Assembly: GCA_964019335.1 (NCBI GenBank)
Contig: OZ025660.1
Location: 496,001 to 560,000 of the forward strand
DNA: 64,000 bases
Direction of reading: 5' to 3'
Source of the DNA: Diplonema japonicum
Taxonomy: Eukaryota > Protista > Euglenozoa: Diplonemea
A program made the translations under genes and the position numbers. Each line of letters begins with the position of its first letter. The first letter of the stretch is position 1. The notes beneath the pieces are model-generated. The model ran no database searches. It worked only from the letters and a program-made list of their open reading frames with translations, and was not told the DNA's origin. This document shows, one piece after another, positions 10,508 through 22,228 of this stretch.

Positions 10508-11644
10508 TCACGGCTTCTTTGGTACATATCGCAGACCCTTCTCCCCGAGACCCGTTGCAACGTGTAAAGCTAGTTTCTTAAATTCTTCAGAGGCGGTATC
10601 TTGCAAGGACAGCTCGTGGAGCATCCAGACAGTCTTGAAGACATGCTCGTCTTGGTGTGTCTCGGCTACGGTAAAGCAAGCCTCCCACGAATTATCCCCT
10701 GAAGGACAACATGTTTTTATATGGGTTAAAAGAGCGCAGGGAGTGGAGGAAAGAAGACATGTGAGAGGGACAGGCGCCCCTTGCGCAATGTAAGTGGCGT
10801 AGTAACCACGAAGCCAACCGGCTATCAGGTCAGCTTTTGTCTCGTATTGAAGATGCCGCAGCTTCGTGACAACGTGGTAGACAGCCCAGAGTGATGTAAA
10901 GCCATGCAGCAGGAAAAACTCATTCTCGCTGATGCAGATTGCAGCTGCTGTGACCAACAACGCTTCTTCTAAAGCTGTGTGAAGGGCATCTTCAGAAGGA
11001 ACCCTGACAGGACACTCCTCAAACACCTTCAGCCCCCCTAGTATCGAATAAGCTCTGTGCTGGAAGCCTCCAAGACCCATGTTGAGACCCTTCGCTCTTT
11101 CCATTGCACGGCTGATGTCGCACTCGCTTCGCCGTGCTTCCCATTGCTTTAAGGTCTCAACCAAACCGTTATGAGGTCCATTCTTCTGTACAGAATATGA
11201 TTCTTCGAGACCCTTCCACGATCGCGTGTACATGTAAGCTAGTCCGTTTGACACAACGGTCGGCAGGTCGCCTTCAACACCAAGCCCTAGCTCGAGGATA
11301 GGGTGGAACGCTGCCGCCCCCAAGCCCCCTGTGATCTTTGGGAGGTATGTTTCACAAACCTGGCTCACCCCGTCCGTTTGTATTTTTGTGTCGAAGAATT
11401 TCAGCAGGGACGCGTATCCGTGGTTGTGCCCTGCAGAACGGGGGCGGATCCGTTCATTATATTGCTTCATAAGCTGGGCCACCTCCTCCTCCCCTTTGCC
11501 CATCCGAAGGTTCGGTACTGCAACCCATGCTACATGGTTGCTGAAGTGCAATTGCCCGTATTCGATACAGTTCCCCCGCTGAGTCTTCATCAGCTTCTCA
11601 GCAGCTCGGAGCACAGAAGATGCAGGGCACCTCATGTGAGCCAT
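10508..11644 (-). CDS. Questin oxidase-like (DUF4243) protein
   Basis: Motifs HFSNH, GLGAAAFHPILELG and FFLLHGFTS. Start MAHMR follows a poly-T...CACAG acceptor at ~11647-11668. Confidence 0.72.
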   Translation of the reverse strand: MAHMRCPASSVLRAAEKLMKTQRGNCIEYGQLHFSNHVAWVAVPNLRMGKGEEEVAQLMKQYNERIRPRSAGHNHGYASLLKFFDTKIQTDGVSQVCETYLPKITGGLGAAAFHPILELGLGVEGDLPTVVSNGLAYMYTRSWKGLEESYSVQKNGPHNGLVETLKQWEARRSECDISRAMERAKGLNMGLGGFQHRAYSILGGLKVFEECPVRVPSEDALHTALEEALLVTAAAICISENEFFLLHGFTSLWAVYHVVTKLRHLQYETKADLIAGWLRGYYATYIAQGAPVPLTCLLSSTPCALLTHIKTCCPSGDNSWEACFTVAETHQDEHVFKTVWMLHELSLQDTASEEFKKLALHVATGLGEKGLRYVPKKP

Positions 11645-11719
11645 CCCTGTGAGAAGAAAAAAAAAAAGGGGAAATGCAAGTGGCAGGGGGCAAGATATAT
11701 AAAAAAAAGTAGAAACCAA

Positions 11720-14278
11720 TCATGGCAGCATGTTGTATGTTAGATTGCCTTTCAAGGTGATCGGCGGGTCCAGCGCAAGGCGAACGCAATTGTGGAAACG
11801 TTGTTTTCTCTGCTTGCGGACGCTGCTGCTGTTGACAAGCTGCTCGCTGAGTTGATCTTCCATTGATGGTTGCTCTTGTTTCGTGTCTCTCCGTGCTCTC
11901 TTTGCAGAACGTATTTCCGCAACCTCGGTGTTGCTCCTTTCCCATTCATCGATTGACACCAGTAGTTCATTGCAGTACCTTGGTGTGGCCTTGTCGCTTA
12001 CCCCCAGCGTCACATGACTCCCTGAGCAGGGTAATCCTGGTGTGATGCACTTCACCCCTAAGCACAGTCCTTTGTTGTCGCAGATGATCTGATCGCACAA
12101 CACAGTGCACTCCGTCCCCTCTAGCTTTTCCTTGTCCCGCATCATTTCGAGAACAGCTTCTGCGGTTGCAGGGTCTTCAGGCAGGGCCCCGCCTGCGTAG
12201 GCCACGGTACAGTGAAGGCTTCCCATATGCGTGTTGATGCCGTACATCGAGTACAGCGCCTCGAGAAGCGTTGTCACTGTAGGGTCTTTGAAGATGAGCT
12301 TGTTGAGACCGCCTTTAAGCCATTGAGGTGTCTCTTGGCCGCTTAAAGGTGTAACGGTGATACTCCCCTGGAAGAGCTCGAGGATGGTGTTAGTCCACGA
12401 CCCTGTGCCGCCTAGAGCACGTGCCATGGAAGACAACACCCGTGAGACGACCGTGTCCCATGCTGTGTTCTGAGGTGTGATTGAGATGTAGTTCAGCGTT
12501 GCGACTGCTGTTGTCGGCGGGGGGGAAAGGTTAAGAGCAGTCAGAAGACCTTCCGATGTAAGATGTCCCGGTGAATAAACCCCCAATATCTCACCGGTCT
12601 GCACAAGCCTTGGCGACACTGCTTGCGGGAACCCAGAGCTGCAATGTTGCGACGTTATTTTTTCCGTTATGGCAGCCACCACCTGCTCTACTGCAAGCTC
12701 TTCCGTGTCGATGTCAAGTACAGTCCCTTCCTTCTCATAAACCAGCCTCTTTCCCATCATTTCTATCACGGCTTTCACATCCCCCTTCAAGGTAGGGTGC
12801 TCCCCCCTCCCCTTGGCACGCTCTGTCGCTGTTGCAACTGAACACTTGAAGTTCGCAACGGTGGACCTTGAGAACAGTTGTGTGAGGATGTTCCTCGCGC
12901 CGTTTGTAAGGTGGCACCCGTCGATAATGACGACAGTAGGCTCCTGGGCATGGCTCAGGACGGCGTGCACCAAGGTAGCTATCTGTGTGTGCACGTGACG
13001 CGTCACGTCTGTCTTCCCGTTGCGCTTGCGACGCTCTGCTTCTGTGATGGCGTCACGGGAGAGGTACACAACGTGCGTGGTGAGTGAGAGGTCAGAAGCG
13101 ATCTTTGTCAAAGCAGTTGATTTCCCACACCCAGGGAGCCCTACGGAGAGGAGGAGTGTGTGCGCAGAGGCAGGGACAGGGGAACGCAGGCCTTGTAAAT
13201 GCTTTGCCCAGACTGCCCTGTGGGCAGGGTCGAGGTGGGCATCGAACTCCTTGAAGAGAGACGTGATTTCAACACGCTTCGCGTCGCCTGTAAAAAGGAA
13301 CTCCTTGCAATGGACCATGCCGTACGCCACCAGCGCCTTTTGGTGAGACAAGAGACCGGACCACATCCGCACGAGGCGTCCCTCGCCGTTCTCCCTGAGC
13401 AGCGAGACAACGTGTCGCATGGCACGCTGTGCCTTGTACCGAAGCGTCTTGATTTTGACGCGGAATATTCTCCCGGTGGAGATCTCTGAAAAGGTGGCGA
13501 CGTACCCTTCTGTCTCGTCCATGTGGCTGGGGGTCCATGTGGAACACGATTTGGTGGTGTCGGCCAGCAGGTCCCATGTCAAGGGTGTTGTATTCACGAT
13601 GGGCAGCCCAGTCACGCGGGAGGCCTCGTCTAGGATAGGTAGGGTTCGTTCTGTTTTGGAATTCTTAACGAGCGCCGTGAGAAGGGTGAGGCCGTGGAAC
13701 CGTTGCGGCTCCGCAACAGGGTGGCAGGAGTCGTTGGTGAGGTCGACACCCTCGCAGACTAACACGCTGTTTGTGTCGTTGAGGAACTTCACAAGGTTCT
13801 CCCTGTCGGGCCGTGCACGGTCGAGCATCTTTGACGCAAGATCAACGTGGTACCCCTCCATCGAGTGTTTCGAGGAGATCACAAGCTCGCCTTTGATCTC
13901 CGCAATGCAGACTACAAACCCGGCCAGTTTCCTCTGCAGTTCCAGCGGTTTAAGAAAGGATCTATTCCGGAGGATCAACCCCCCGATTTCTTCAATTTCG
14001 TAAAATTTATTCAGGCCCCGAAGGGCTATCGCACCAGATGTGTCTACATATAAGGTTCTCGCCCCGCATTCCAGGTCGTTACCTGTGCGGCGTTGGGCTA
14101 GCTCATAGTGTCCTTCGGGGGTTCGCATGCTCCAGAGGTTGTGGAGGGCCTGCACTTTTCTTAAGTTTCTTGTCGTTAGATCGATTGTGTTGTCATCGCG
14201 ATCGTCCGTTTTCTTCCATTCATTTTCGAAGAAAACAGCCTTTTCCAACAGGCTGTCCATATTCTTTGAAAATGGCAC
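11720..14278 (-). CDS. TRL1: Trl1-type trifunctional tRNA ligase (ligase-polynucleotide kinase-cyclic phosphodiesterase)
   Basis: Nucleotidyltransferase motifs RKLAG, SKHS, EGYV and RVKIK; P-loop GLPGCGKS; two 2H motifs HCTV and HVTL in the C-terminal third. Confidence 0.8.
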   Translation of the reverse strand: MPFSKNMDSLLEKAVFFENEWKKTDDRDDNTIDLTTRNLRKVQALHNLWSMRTPEGHYELAQRRTGNDLECGARTLYVDTSGAIALRGLNKFYEIEEIGGLILRNRSFLKPLELQRKLAGFVVCIAEIKGELVISSKHSMEGYHVDLASKMLDRARPDRENLVKFLNDTNSVLVCEGVDLTNDSCHPVAEPQRFHGLTLLTALVKNSKTERTLPILDEASRVTGLPIVNTTPLTWDLLADTTKSCSTWTPSHMDETEGYVATFSEISTGRIFRVKIKTLRYKAQRAMRHVVSLLRENGEGRLVRMWSGLLSHQKALVAYGMVHCKEFLFTGDAKRVEITSLFKEFDAHLDPAHRAVWAKHLQGLRSPVPASAHTLLLSVGLPGCGKSTALTKIASDLSLTTHVVYLSRDAITEAERRKRNGKTDVTRHVHTQIATLVHAVLSHAQEPTVVIIDGCHLTNGARNILTQLFSRSTVANFKCSVATATERAKGRGEHPTLKGDVKAVIEMMGKRLVYEKEGTVLDIDTEELAVEQVVAAITEKITSQHCSSGFPQAVSPRLVQTGEILGVYSPGHLTSEGLLTALNLSPPPTTAVATLNYISITPQNTAWDTVVSRVLSSMARALGGTGSWTNTILELFQGSITVTPLSGQETPQWLKGGLNKLIFKDPTVTTLLEALYSMYGINTHMGSLHCTVAYAGGALPEDPATAEAVLEMMRDKEKLEGTECTVLCDQIICDNKGLCLGVKCITPGLPCSGSHVTLGVSDKATPRYCNELLVSIDEWERSNTEVAEIRSAKRARRDTKQEQPSMEDQLSEQLVNSSSVRKQRKQRFHNCVRLALDPPITLKGNLTYNMLP

Positions 14279-15120
14279 TTTGTGAATATTGCGAGTTTTT
14301 TTTTTTTTTTATCTGCGGCCACACAAAAGTGAATAATAATAAAAAAAAAATAAAAAAAAACAAAGGTGAGGGTTGGAGGGGACAGGGGGACGGGTAAAGG
14401 AAACCAAAACTGCCAATTTAAAAAAAAAAAAAAAAAAGAGAGAGAGAAAAAAAGATTAATAGTTGTACTTTCCCCCCTTTTTCTTTTAGGGGAGGGGGGG
14501 TGTGTTGGAATTAGAAGAATGAAAAGAAAAATCTTCGTAGCATCATGTGCAAGAGGAATAAAAAAAAAGGAGATTTTTGTATTACCTCCTTCGGACCGTT
14601 TACGTTAGGTGTGTGTGTGTGTGTGTTTCTTTTCTTCTTCTTTATCTTTTTTTCTTCTTCTTCTTTTCTTTGAGGGCTGGGGGACGTACTTGTTGTCTGT
14701 ATGCAATTTTTACAGCAACCCATTCCCTTCTTGTCCTTCCATATTGATATTTCCACTTTTTTTTTTGTTCCCCCCCCAAAAAAAAACAACAAAAAAGTAG
14801 GAAAAAAAATCCATCAAAAAATTATTGGCATGAGAAGTGGACCAAACACTGTAAAAAAAAATATAAAGAGGGGGCATGAAAAAAAAAGGGGGGAGGGATA
14901 AAAAGAAAAAAAAGGGGGGGTTTTTTTTTACACGCGTTGTGTCAAAAGAAAAAAAAAAAAAACCGGGAAGAGCAAATATTAAAAAAAAAAAAAATCGAAG
15001 AGAAAAAAAAAAAGTAAAGCTGTATCCCAATGAATAAAAAAAAAAAAAGAAGAGGTAATAAGGGGGGGAGAAGAGGGGGGTTTGAACAATACAATAAAGA
15101 GAAATTCTGGGGGAGGGTGG

Positions 15121-15155
<35 letters not shown>

Positions 15156-15161
15156 GTCCGT

Positions 15162-16981
15162 CTAACTCTCAGTGCACTCAGTAAGACCCTGTTTGATGGC
15201 CCACTCAACGAAAGCCCCGTAGGTGATCTGATTGTTTTGTTTCCCCCATTCTCCCGATTTCAATACCTGCGACTCCATGTCCGACCCGAACGCCTGTTCA
15301 ATATCGTCCATGTCACACCCCCACTTCGAGAGGAGGGGAATGGCCCTCTCAAACTGCTCAGGTTCCATCACCTTCTCAGCCTCCTCACTGACATCTACCT
15401 CCAGCTTCTGGGAAACGGCAATGTACCTGTTCAACGATACCAACAGGACGCGGAACTCAGGCCTGTTGATGTCCCTGTGAGGAGAAAAAAAAAAATATCA
15501 TTATGATGAAAGGGATTAAGGGGTTTTTTTTAAAAAAAAAGTCATACTCAGTGCTGGTGACCTGACTCACCTTCTTGGCAGCCTCTGTGGCCTTCACGAC
15601 GCCTGCCTGGTACGTGTTGTCCATGTCCAGTGTCTCCAGCAGAGCTGTCTTCAAGTACGAAGCAGACAGGTACACGGAGCTGGGTTCAAGGAGCTTGTCG
15701 AAGATCTCCTGTCGCTTCTTCTGCGACTCAGGGGAGAGGTCGACAGGGATGTTGCTGGGCGGCTCGCTGGGCTCGTCGTCTTTGTGCATAGGGGAGGTGG
15801 GGGAGGCGTTCGAGGTGGGCGTGGGAGTGATGGCGTCCTGCACGGCAGCTGCAAGGTCCGCAAGCCCGCCGTCGTTGTTCTCCTCAATCTCGGCATCCTC
15901 TTGAACCGGTTCCTCCTGTTCAGGCTCTTGTGCCTCTTGCTCGGGTTCCTCCACCGCCTCACTAACCTCCTGCTCAGCTTCCACAGGTTCCTCCACCACC
16001 GCCTCTTCCTCCTTCTCCTGTACCTCTTCCTGTACCGGTTCCTGTTCCTGTTCCTGTTCCGGTTCTACCTCTTCTACCTGCACATCTTCTACCTGTGCTT
16101 CCTCAATTTGTGCTTCCTCAACCTGAGCCTCTTCCTCTACTTCCTGGGTGTCCTCCTCGGCAACGCGACGCTGTGCTTTCTGCACACGCGGCTGGCGTGT
16201 CATCGGCTCCTCTGTCGCCTCTTCCTCGGAGTCCTCGGGCGCGAACCTCCCCCAGAACTTCATCATACGCTTGTTCTGTGATGTGTTGACTGACTTAAGG
16301 GGAGCATACCTCTTTCTTGGGGCGTATCTCGCTCATGGAGGTTTTCCACGGCTCCCACGCTGCCTTCCTCGTCACACCGAATGCGGGTCGCTCCTTCATC
16401 TTCAGAATCTGCGACTTCTCGTACTTCCTGATGTTCCTCTCCCAAGTGGGTTTCTTCTTCTTTGGCACCCTGAGCTCCGACTTCCATTCAGGGACATCGG
16501 ACTGCTTCCTGGTGGGTGTTCTCCACTTTTCTTCGGGTGCAGCGGATTCGGTTTCCTCGGCCTCGTCCTCATCCTCCTCGGGCTCAGGAGGGGGTATGTA
16601 AGGGGCTTGCTGCTCCAACCAGTCTAAGTAAGCTGTGGTAATGTGAGGAGGCGTGAAGAGTGGGCATACGTGCGCCTTTACATTTGATGTCAAAGGTTTT
16701 CCCGTGCTTGACCTTGTGCCATTCAGTCTTCACTCTCCTGACAAAGGCCATCTCTGCGGTGGTCTCCTCATCACCCCACGAGATGGTGTAAAGCATCGCC
16801 TCTTCATCAAAAGCCACCACAACACCCCCACTGTACCACTTCTTGTTCTCGTCCCTCACCTCTACAGGTGTGTTCACGGGGATGGGCATCTAAGGAAGGG
16901 GTTAAAAGATTTTTTTTTTAAAAGATTTTTCGTTCATACCAGAGATCCCGGAGACCGAGTGCCCGATCTGTGGCTCGACAT
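15162..16981 (-). CDS. Protein with Tudor-like N-domain, Glu-rich linker and C-terminal calflagin/FCaBP-like EF-hand domain; 5 exons
   Basis: Introns 16890-16939, 16633-16669, 16276-16309 and 15475-15547 (all GTATG...AG) join four ORFs. The C-terminus EFRVLL...EQFERAIPLLSKWG...ITYGAFVEWA resembles trypanosomatid flagellar calcium-binding protein. Confidence 0.72.
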
Positions 16982-18825
16982 CTCTTTCTTTAGTAAACCT
17001 TTACTTTACCCCTGTGCAGGTGTGTGTTTTTAACAGGAAAAAAAAAAGGGGAGGGCAGCAAAGGTATCGTTTCAAAAAAGAAAAACAATAAAAGATGAAC
17101 AAGAAGGTACGGAACATATGGGCGGAGCGGGGAGGGGGGGGGGGGGGAGAAGAAAAAAGAGTGAGATACTTCAAAAAAATGGGAAAGGGGGTCATAGGAA
17201 TTGGAAGTGGAAAAAAAAAGTAAAAACAAAGCAAGGGTATCGCTACCCACCAAGCGTGTGCTCTGTTAAGGAAGAAAAATAAAAAAAAAAAATATATATA
17301 TAAAGAGGAAAATGCCATTCCGTAGCCTCGTGTAGTTGGTCAATACGGCCAGCGAACAAGACCGTAAATTCTTTTTTTTTAATAAATCAGGTGAAATCCA
17401 ATTGTTACTAATCGGTATTTACTTGAAAGGACCAAGGAGCCCTTTAAAAAAAAAATAGATTTCCCCTTGTTTGAACCAGACTGGACCTTTGTGGTGAAGT
17501 TCTATGGGTTTAGTCTCAGATTTAGAATTTTGTGCTAAGATAAACTAACACCTATTGATTCAAACCACGGTAAAAAAAAAAAAAGAATCGCACTTGGGGG
17601 GGGGGGGGGGTCATTTCCCTTCGTTCTTCTTTGTCTTTCTTTTTTCTTCTTCCCCTTATTTCTCCTCTTTTGTTTGTTTGTTTGGATAAGGCTCTCAAGC
17701 TACAATAGAAGGGGGGGGGGGGGGAGAAGTGCTAGCAGCAGCCCTACCACCATATGAGAAGAAAAAAAAAAAAGAAAAATGTGGCACTTTTATGCATTAA
17801 AAAATAAAATAAAACAAAACTCTTTTTTTTTTTTTTTTTTTTTTTTATTCCTTTGTTCTTCCCCCTCTCGATTTCAACTTTTTTTTTTTGAATCCGGGGG
17901 AGGGGGGAGAGGCGGCAGTGACTTTAAATAAGCTGCTAAACTAAAACCTTTTTTTTAAAAAAAAAAAATAAATAATAAATAATAAAAATGTACCTTATTA
18001 AGCACTATAGCCATGATAAGGAAAGATATCATCACCTAACAAAAAGTTTGCAACTCGGAAGCTATCGAAGTTTTTTTTTTTTGATAAAGTCGTAAGAATG
18101 TAAGAAGATGGGGGGCGGTGGGAAAGCACCATGACAATCCCTCCCCCATTTTTTTCTTCTTCTTTTTCTCCATTATATAACTCAAAGTAAAAGACAACCC
18201 ACTGAGGTACACACAGTTGCTATAAATTGCCTTTTCGCCAGGATTTCAGCACTTCCGTTTTTTTCCATCTTTCCATTTTGTAAAAGGTCATTGAAGGGGG
18301 GGGGGTTTTTTTGTTTCACCACTAAGAGTATAAAAAAGGGGGGGGGGCACAAAATACCGTAACACACAGAATTGAAATGAGGAAGAGGGGGGGGAGAGAG
18401 AAGAACAAAAAAAAAAGGAAGGAGGAAAAAATCCAATTTTTTTTTATCGCCATCAATATGATTCATAGCGTTACCAATAGTGTCTTAGGTGTACCCCCCT
18501 TGCTTTTTTGTTTTTGTTTTTTATTTATTTTTTTTTTTTGCTTTTTTACGCATTCTCCCCGCCCGCCCCCTCTCTCGACGAAAAAAAAAAAAAAAAAAAA
18601 CAGATACAACGCAGGCAACCCTCCATTTTCCTCCCCCCCCCTTCTTGTTTCTGACAAACATATAAAAAAAAAGAAAATAACATTTCTGTTTCTTTTTTTT
18701 CTTTTTTTTTTTTGTTTTCCCCTCTTTCTTTTCTTTATTCCTTTTTCTCTTTTAATATTTTTAATTTTTTTTTTTTTTTAAATATATTCTCTGTTTCTAA
18801 TAATCTCTTTTTTTTCTTTTTTTTT

Positions 18826-19720
18826 TTAAAAATCAAGATCCATCAAAGGGGTGGGTTTTTGTTTGCTATTCGGACGGCCAACGGAGAAGTTAGTCTGGCC
18901 CTCAGCAGGAAGACCCGCATAGCTAGGCTTACGTAGCCCAGTGAGGCCAGCATTTGGAGGGAGGGAAGACGGCGGAAGGGATGGCAACGGCTTCAAAGGC
19001 GCCTTTGTAAGCGACCCCACAGCATGGTACCCACTACTGGGCCCAGAACCAGGCAGAGGTGGAGCCCGTCTCCCAGCTACGGGCCCGGGGTTTTTGACAG
19101 GAGATCTAGTGACAGTACCAGGAACGTATCGTGCCTTTGCAAGAGTGGATGACATGCTACCTCCTGACCAGTCGCTGTGCCCTGACCCGACCCTTCCATA
19201 AGACCCTCCAAGGGGTAGGCTGACTAACGGTTTAGACCCCCTTGCATTCCCCATGCTCCCCATGGACCCAAAGGCTGGCTTGTTGACTGGTGACCTTTTC
19301 GGGCTTTCTGATTTCTTCGGTGAAATTGGTTTCATCGCACCCGAGTCCGACCTCCGCATTGGGATTGTCGTGTCTTGAGACAGCCTCGCAGCAGGCTTCT
19401 CACCACCGTACTTCGCCTCTCCCATTGCAGGGATGTCGATGGTGTTTTTATGCTTCGCTGTGGTCTGTGGTTTGACCTGTAAAAAAAGGGGGAATGGGGG
19501 GGGGGGGTTGAAAAAGAAATTACCTGAGCCTCCACATAAGCCTTCCCCCTTCTGTCGGCTTCCGCGATGGAGTTCACAGAAGGTGCGGATGCAGGCGCCT
19601 TCTGCGTCGGCTGCTGTACGAGGAAATCGTTCCCCTCGCCCTCTATCGAGACCTGGAAGAACGGGTGTTGCAGGAGTTGAGACGCTTTGGAACGGCTTTC
19701 TGGATCCCATTGCAGCATCT

Positions 19721-19756
<36 letters not shown>

Positions 19757-20143
19757 AAAAAAAATACCTTATCCATGATGTCAAGCGCCTGCGCACTTGC
19801 GTTGGGGAGGAGCTGTTTTAAAGGCGTGGCCACCATTTGAGGGAAGTTGAACCCGATTTGCTTGGCAAGACGCAGGCCCTCTGGCCAGGTTTTTGCGTTC
19901 GGTGTTCCAAGGACGGAGGTGATCTTGAAAATCTCGTCAGGCTCCGAAGAACCAGGGAACAAAGGCCGCAACGTGAACAGTTCGGCCATGATACACCCCG
20001 CTGCCCAGATATCGATGGGAGAGTTGTAAGCCTTATGCTGAAGAAGGACTTCCGGCGCCCTATACCACCGTGTTGAGACGTATTCTGTGAATGGCGGTCG
20101 AGCTCGGATTTCTTTCGCGAGACCGAAATCCGCAAGTTTTGTC

Positions 20144-20185
<42 letters not shown>

Positions 20186-20624
20186 CAAATTCCCATACCA
20201 CATCTCGGCTTAGCAGCAAGTTTTCCGGTTTTAAATCACGGTGCATGAAGCCTAATTTGTGCATCCAAGATACAGCTTGCATGAGTTGGTACATAACGTT
20301 TCGAATTTTTGCGTGTGGGAGGCCGTTCTGACCTGACATGGCGTGCTGCTTCATAACTTGTAAGAGATCGCCATCCATATGTTCGAATACAAAGTAAAGT
20401 TGATTCTGCTCTCTGATGACCTCTCTCAGCTTTACAACATTGGGGTGATTGTTCAGTTTGCGTAAAGCCTGTACCTCTCGGAGGGCCACGCACTCTTCCC
20501 AGGAATAGAACCGCTGTTTCATCTTCTTTATGGCTACCACTTCCTTTGTTTGTTTATGCACCGCACGCATTACAGACCCATAGGTCCCGTCACCAATTTG
20601 CTTCATTACATTGTACCGCTCCAT
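18826..20624 (-). CDS. MAK/ICK-family (RCK) Ser/Thr kinase; 4 exons
   Basis: [50 protein letters not shown]. Introns 20143-20198, 19719-19767 and 19477-19523. Confidence 0.92.
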
Positions 20625-21342
20625 ATTAAGGGGAGGGGGAGGTGTACTTTTTTTTTGTTGTAGCAATTCAAAAGCAAAGAGAGAGAAAAAAAAAAGAGAA
20701 ATAAATAAATAAAGAATCAACCGTAAAGAAAAAAAAAAGAAGAAAGAGAAAAATCTCTTTAACTGGCAGGGAGGGGGGGTTTTTTTTTTCTTCCACCCCC
20801 TTTTTTTTTTGCCCCCTCTCAATTTTTAGTCTATTCATCACCTTATATTCCGTGATTTGATTAAAAATTCACCCCCCCCCCCCCACCCCGGACTGATCTT
20901 TTTTCTTTTTTTTTTGTAGGGCATTGAAAGGGGGAAAATAATAATAAAAAGAAATTTGAGGAATAAATAAAAAAAAAGAAAATGAGAATCCCAGTTGAAA
21001 CGTAAGTCCATACTAGAATACTATAGCTACTTTTTTTTTTTTTTTTTTTTTCCTTCCGTGTGTACACAACAGGTAACTTCACTTTTGAGGGGAGAAAAGA
21101 AGAATAAAAAAAAAAAAAAAAAAAAAAAAACACCTTTTAGATCAAACTGATAGAAAACCCCCGGGGGTAAGGAAAGGGGGCAAACAAAAGAATAAGAGAG
21201 AGCTGGGTGGAACTAGTCGGCAAAGGGGTGTCTCAGTTTTTTTTTTTTTTTCTCTCCTTTGCAAACGGGGGGGGGGGGGGGGGGGGGAATAGCGATGATC
21301 ATACAAAGAATTTTTAAGTGCTGTGTCCAAGAGAGGGGGAAT

Positions 21343-21386
<44 letters not shown>

Positions 21387-22228
21387 AGATCGCTCGACAG
21401 CGATTTCAAGTAGCGTTTGTTCGCCCCCTCCTCACCACTGACAATACCGATTGAGGGGGAAAAAAGTAGATATCTATAAGATCACCTCATCTCCAAGGTG
21501 TACAGCCATGGAGCGCAAATGCTACATTGTGTTAAACATGAAAGGTGACGGTAGCCGTAGCACCTTGGCACAGATTAACTCTTATCCCTCTTTGCAAGAT
21601 CTCAAGGGAGGGAGAAAAGCACCCTAAAGAAAACATGGATGGAGCAACAAAAAAAATCTTTAAAAAAAATGGGGGGGGGAGACGAAATGGGTAGAGAAGG
21701 AAATCGAACGAGGGTCCCCCTTTTCTCCCCCCCCCCCATTTTTTTAAAGAACTTTTTTTTTTCGGTCCTTATTTTTAATTTTTCTTTGTAGGATTCTTTT
21801 TGAAAATAATTGGGTGAAGAGATATAAAAAAAAAGTAAATGAGAAAAAGAAACATTTTCTTTCTTCTTTTTTTTTTTTTTTTTCTAATTTGCCAATCAAC
21901 ACGTGCTTTTGATTTTTGAGCCTCAGGGTACCGTTTTTTTTTTTCCCCCCTCGACCTACCGTTCAGGGAGGTTGAAAAAAAAAAAATGGCGAACAGGAGA
22001 GCGGGGAAAAGAAGAATCCCCGAATTCCCGAAGGACCCAAAAAACCAGTGTCTTTAGCTGTTTAGCCCCCCCCCCCCCCCCCACCTTTTCTTCCCCACTC
22101 CTCCAGAACTGAACAAAACGTATAAAAGAAGAATTCGGGGGGAACGTGGGGAAAAAAAAAAAAAACAAAAACGTGTTACAAAAAAAAAAAAAAAAAAAAA
22201 AATGGGCAAGGCAAAATAAAAAAAAAAA

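Noticed and set aside
17318-17572. tRNA-like start (GCCTCGTGTAGTTGGTCAATACGGC) or CCGT...ACGG MITE
   Set aside because: No B box or cloverleaf, and no extended terminal inverted repeat.
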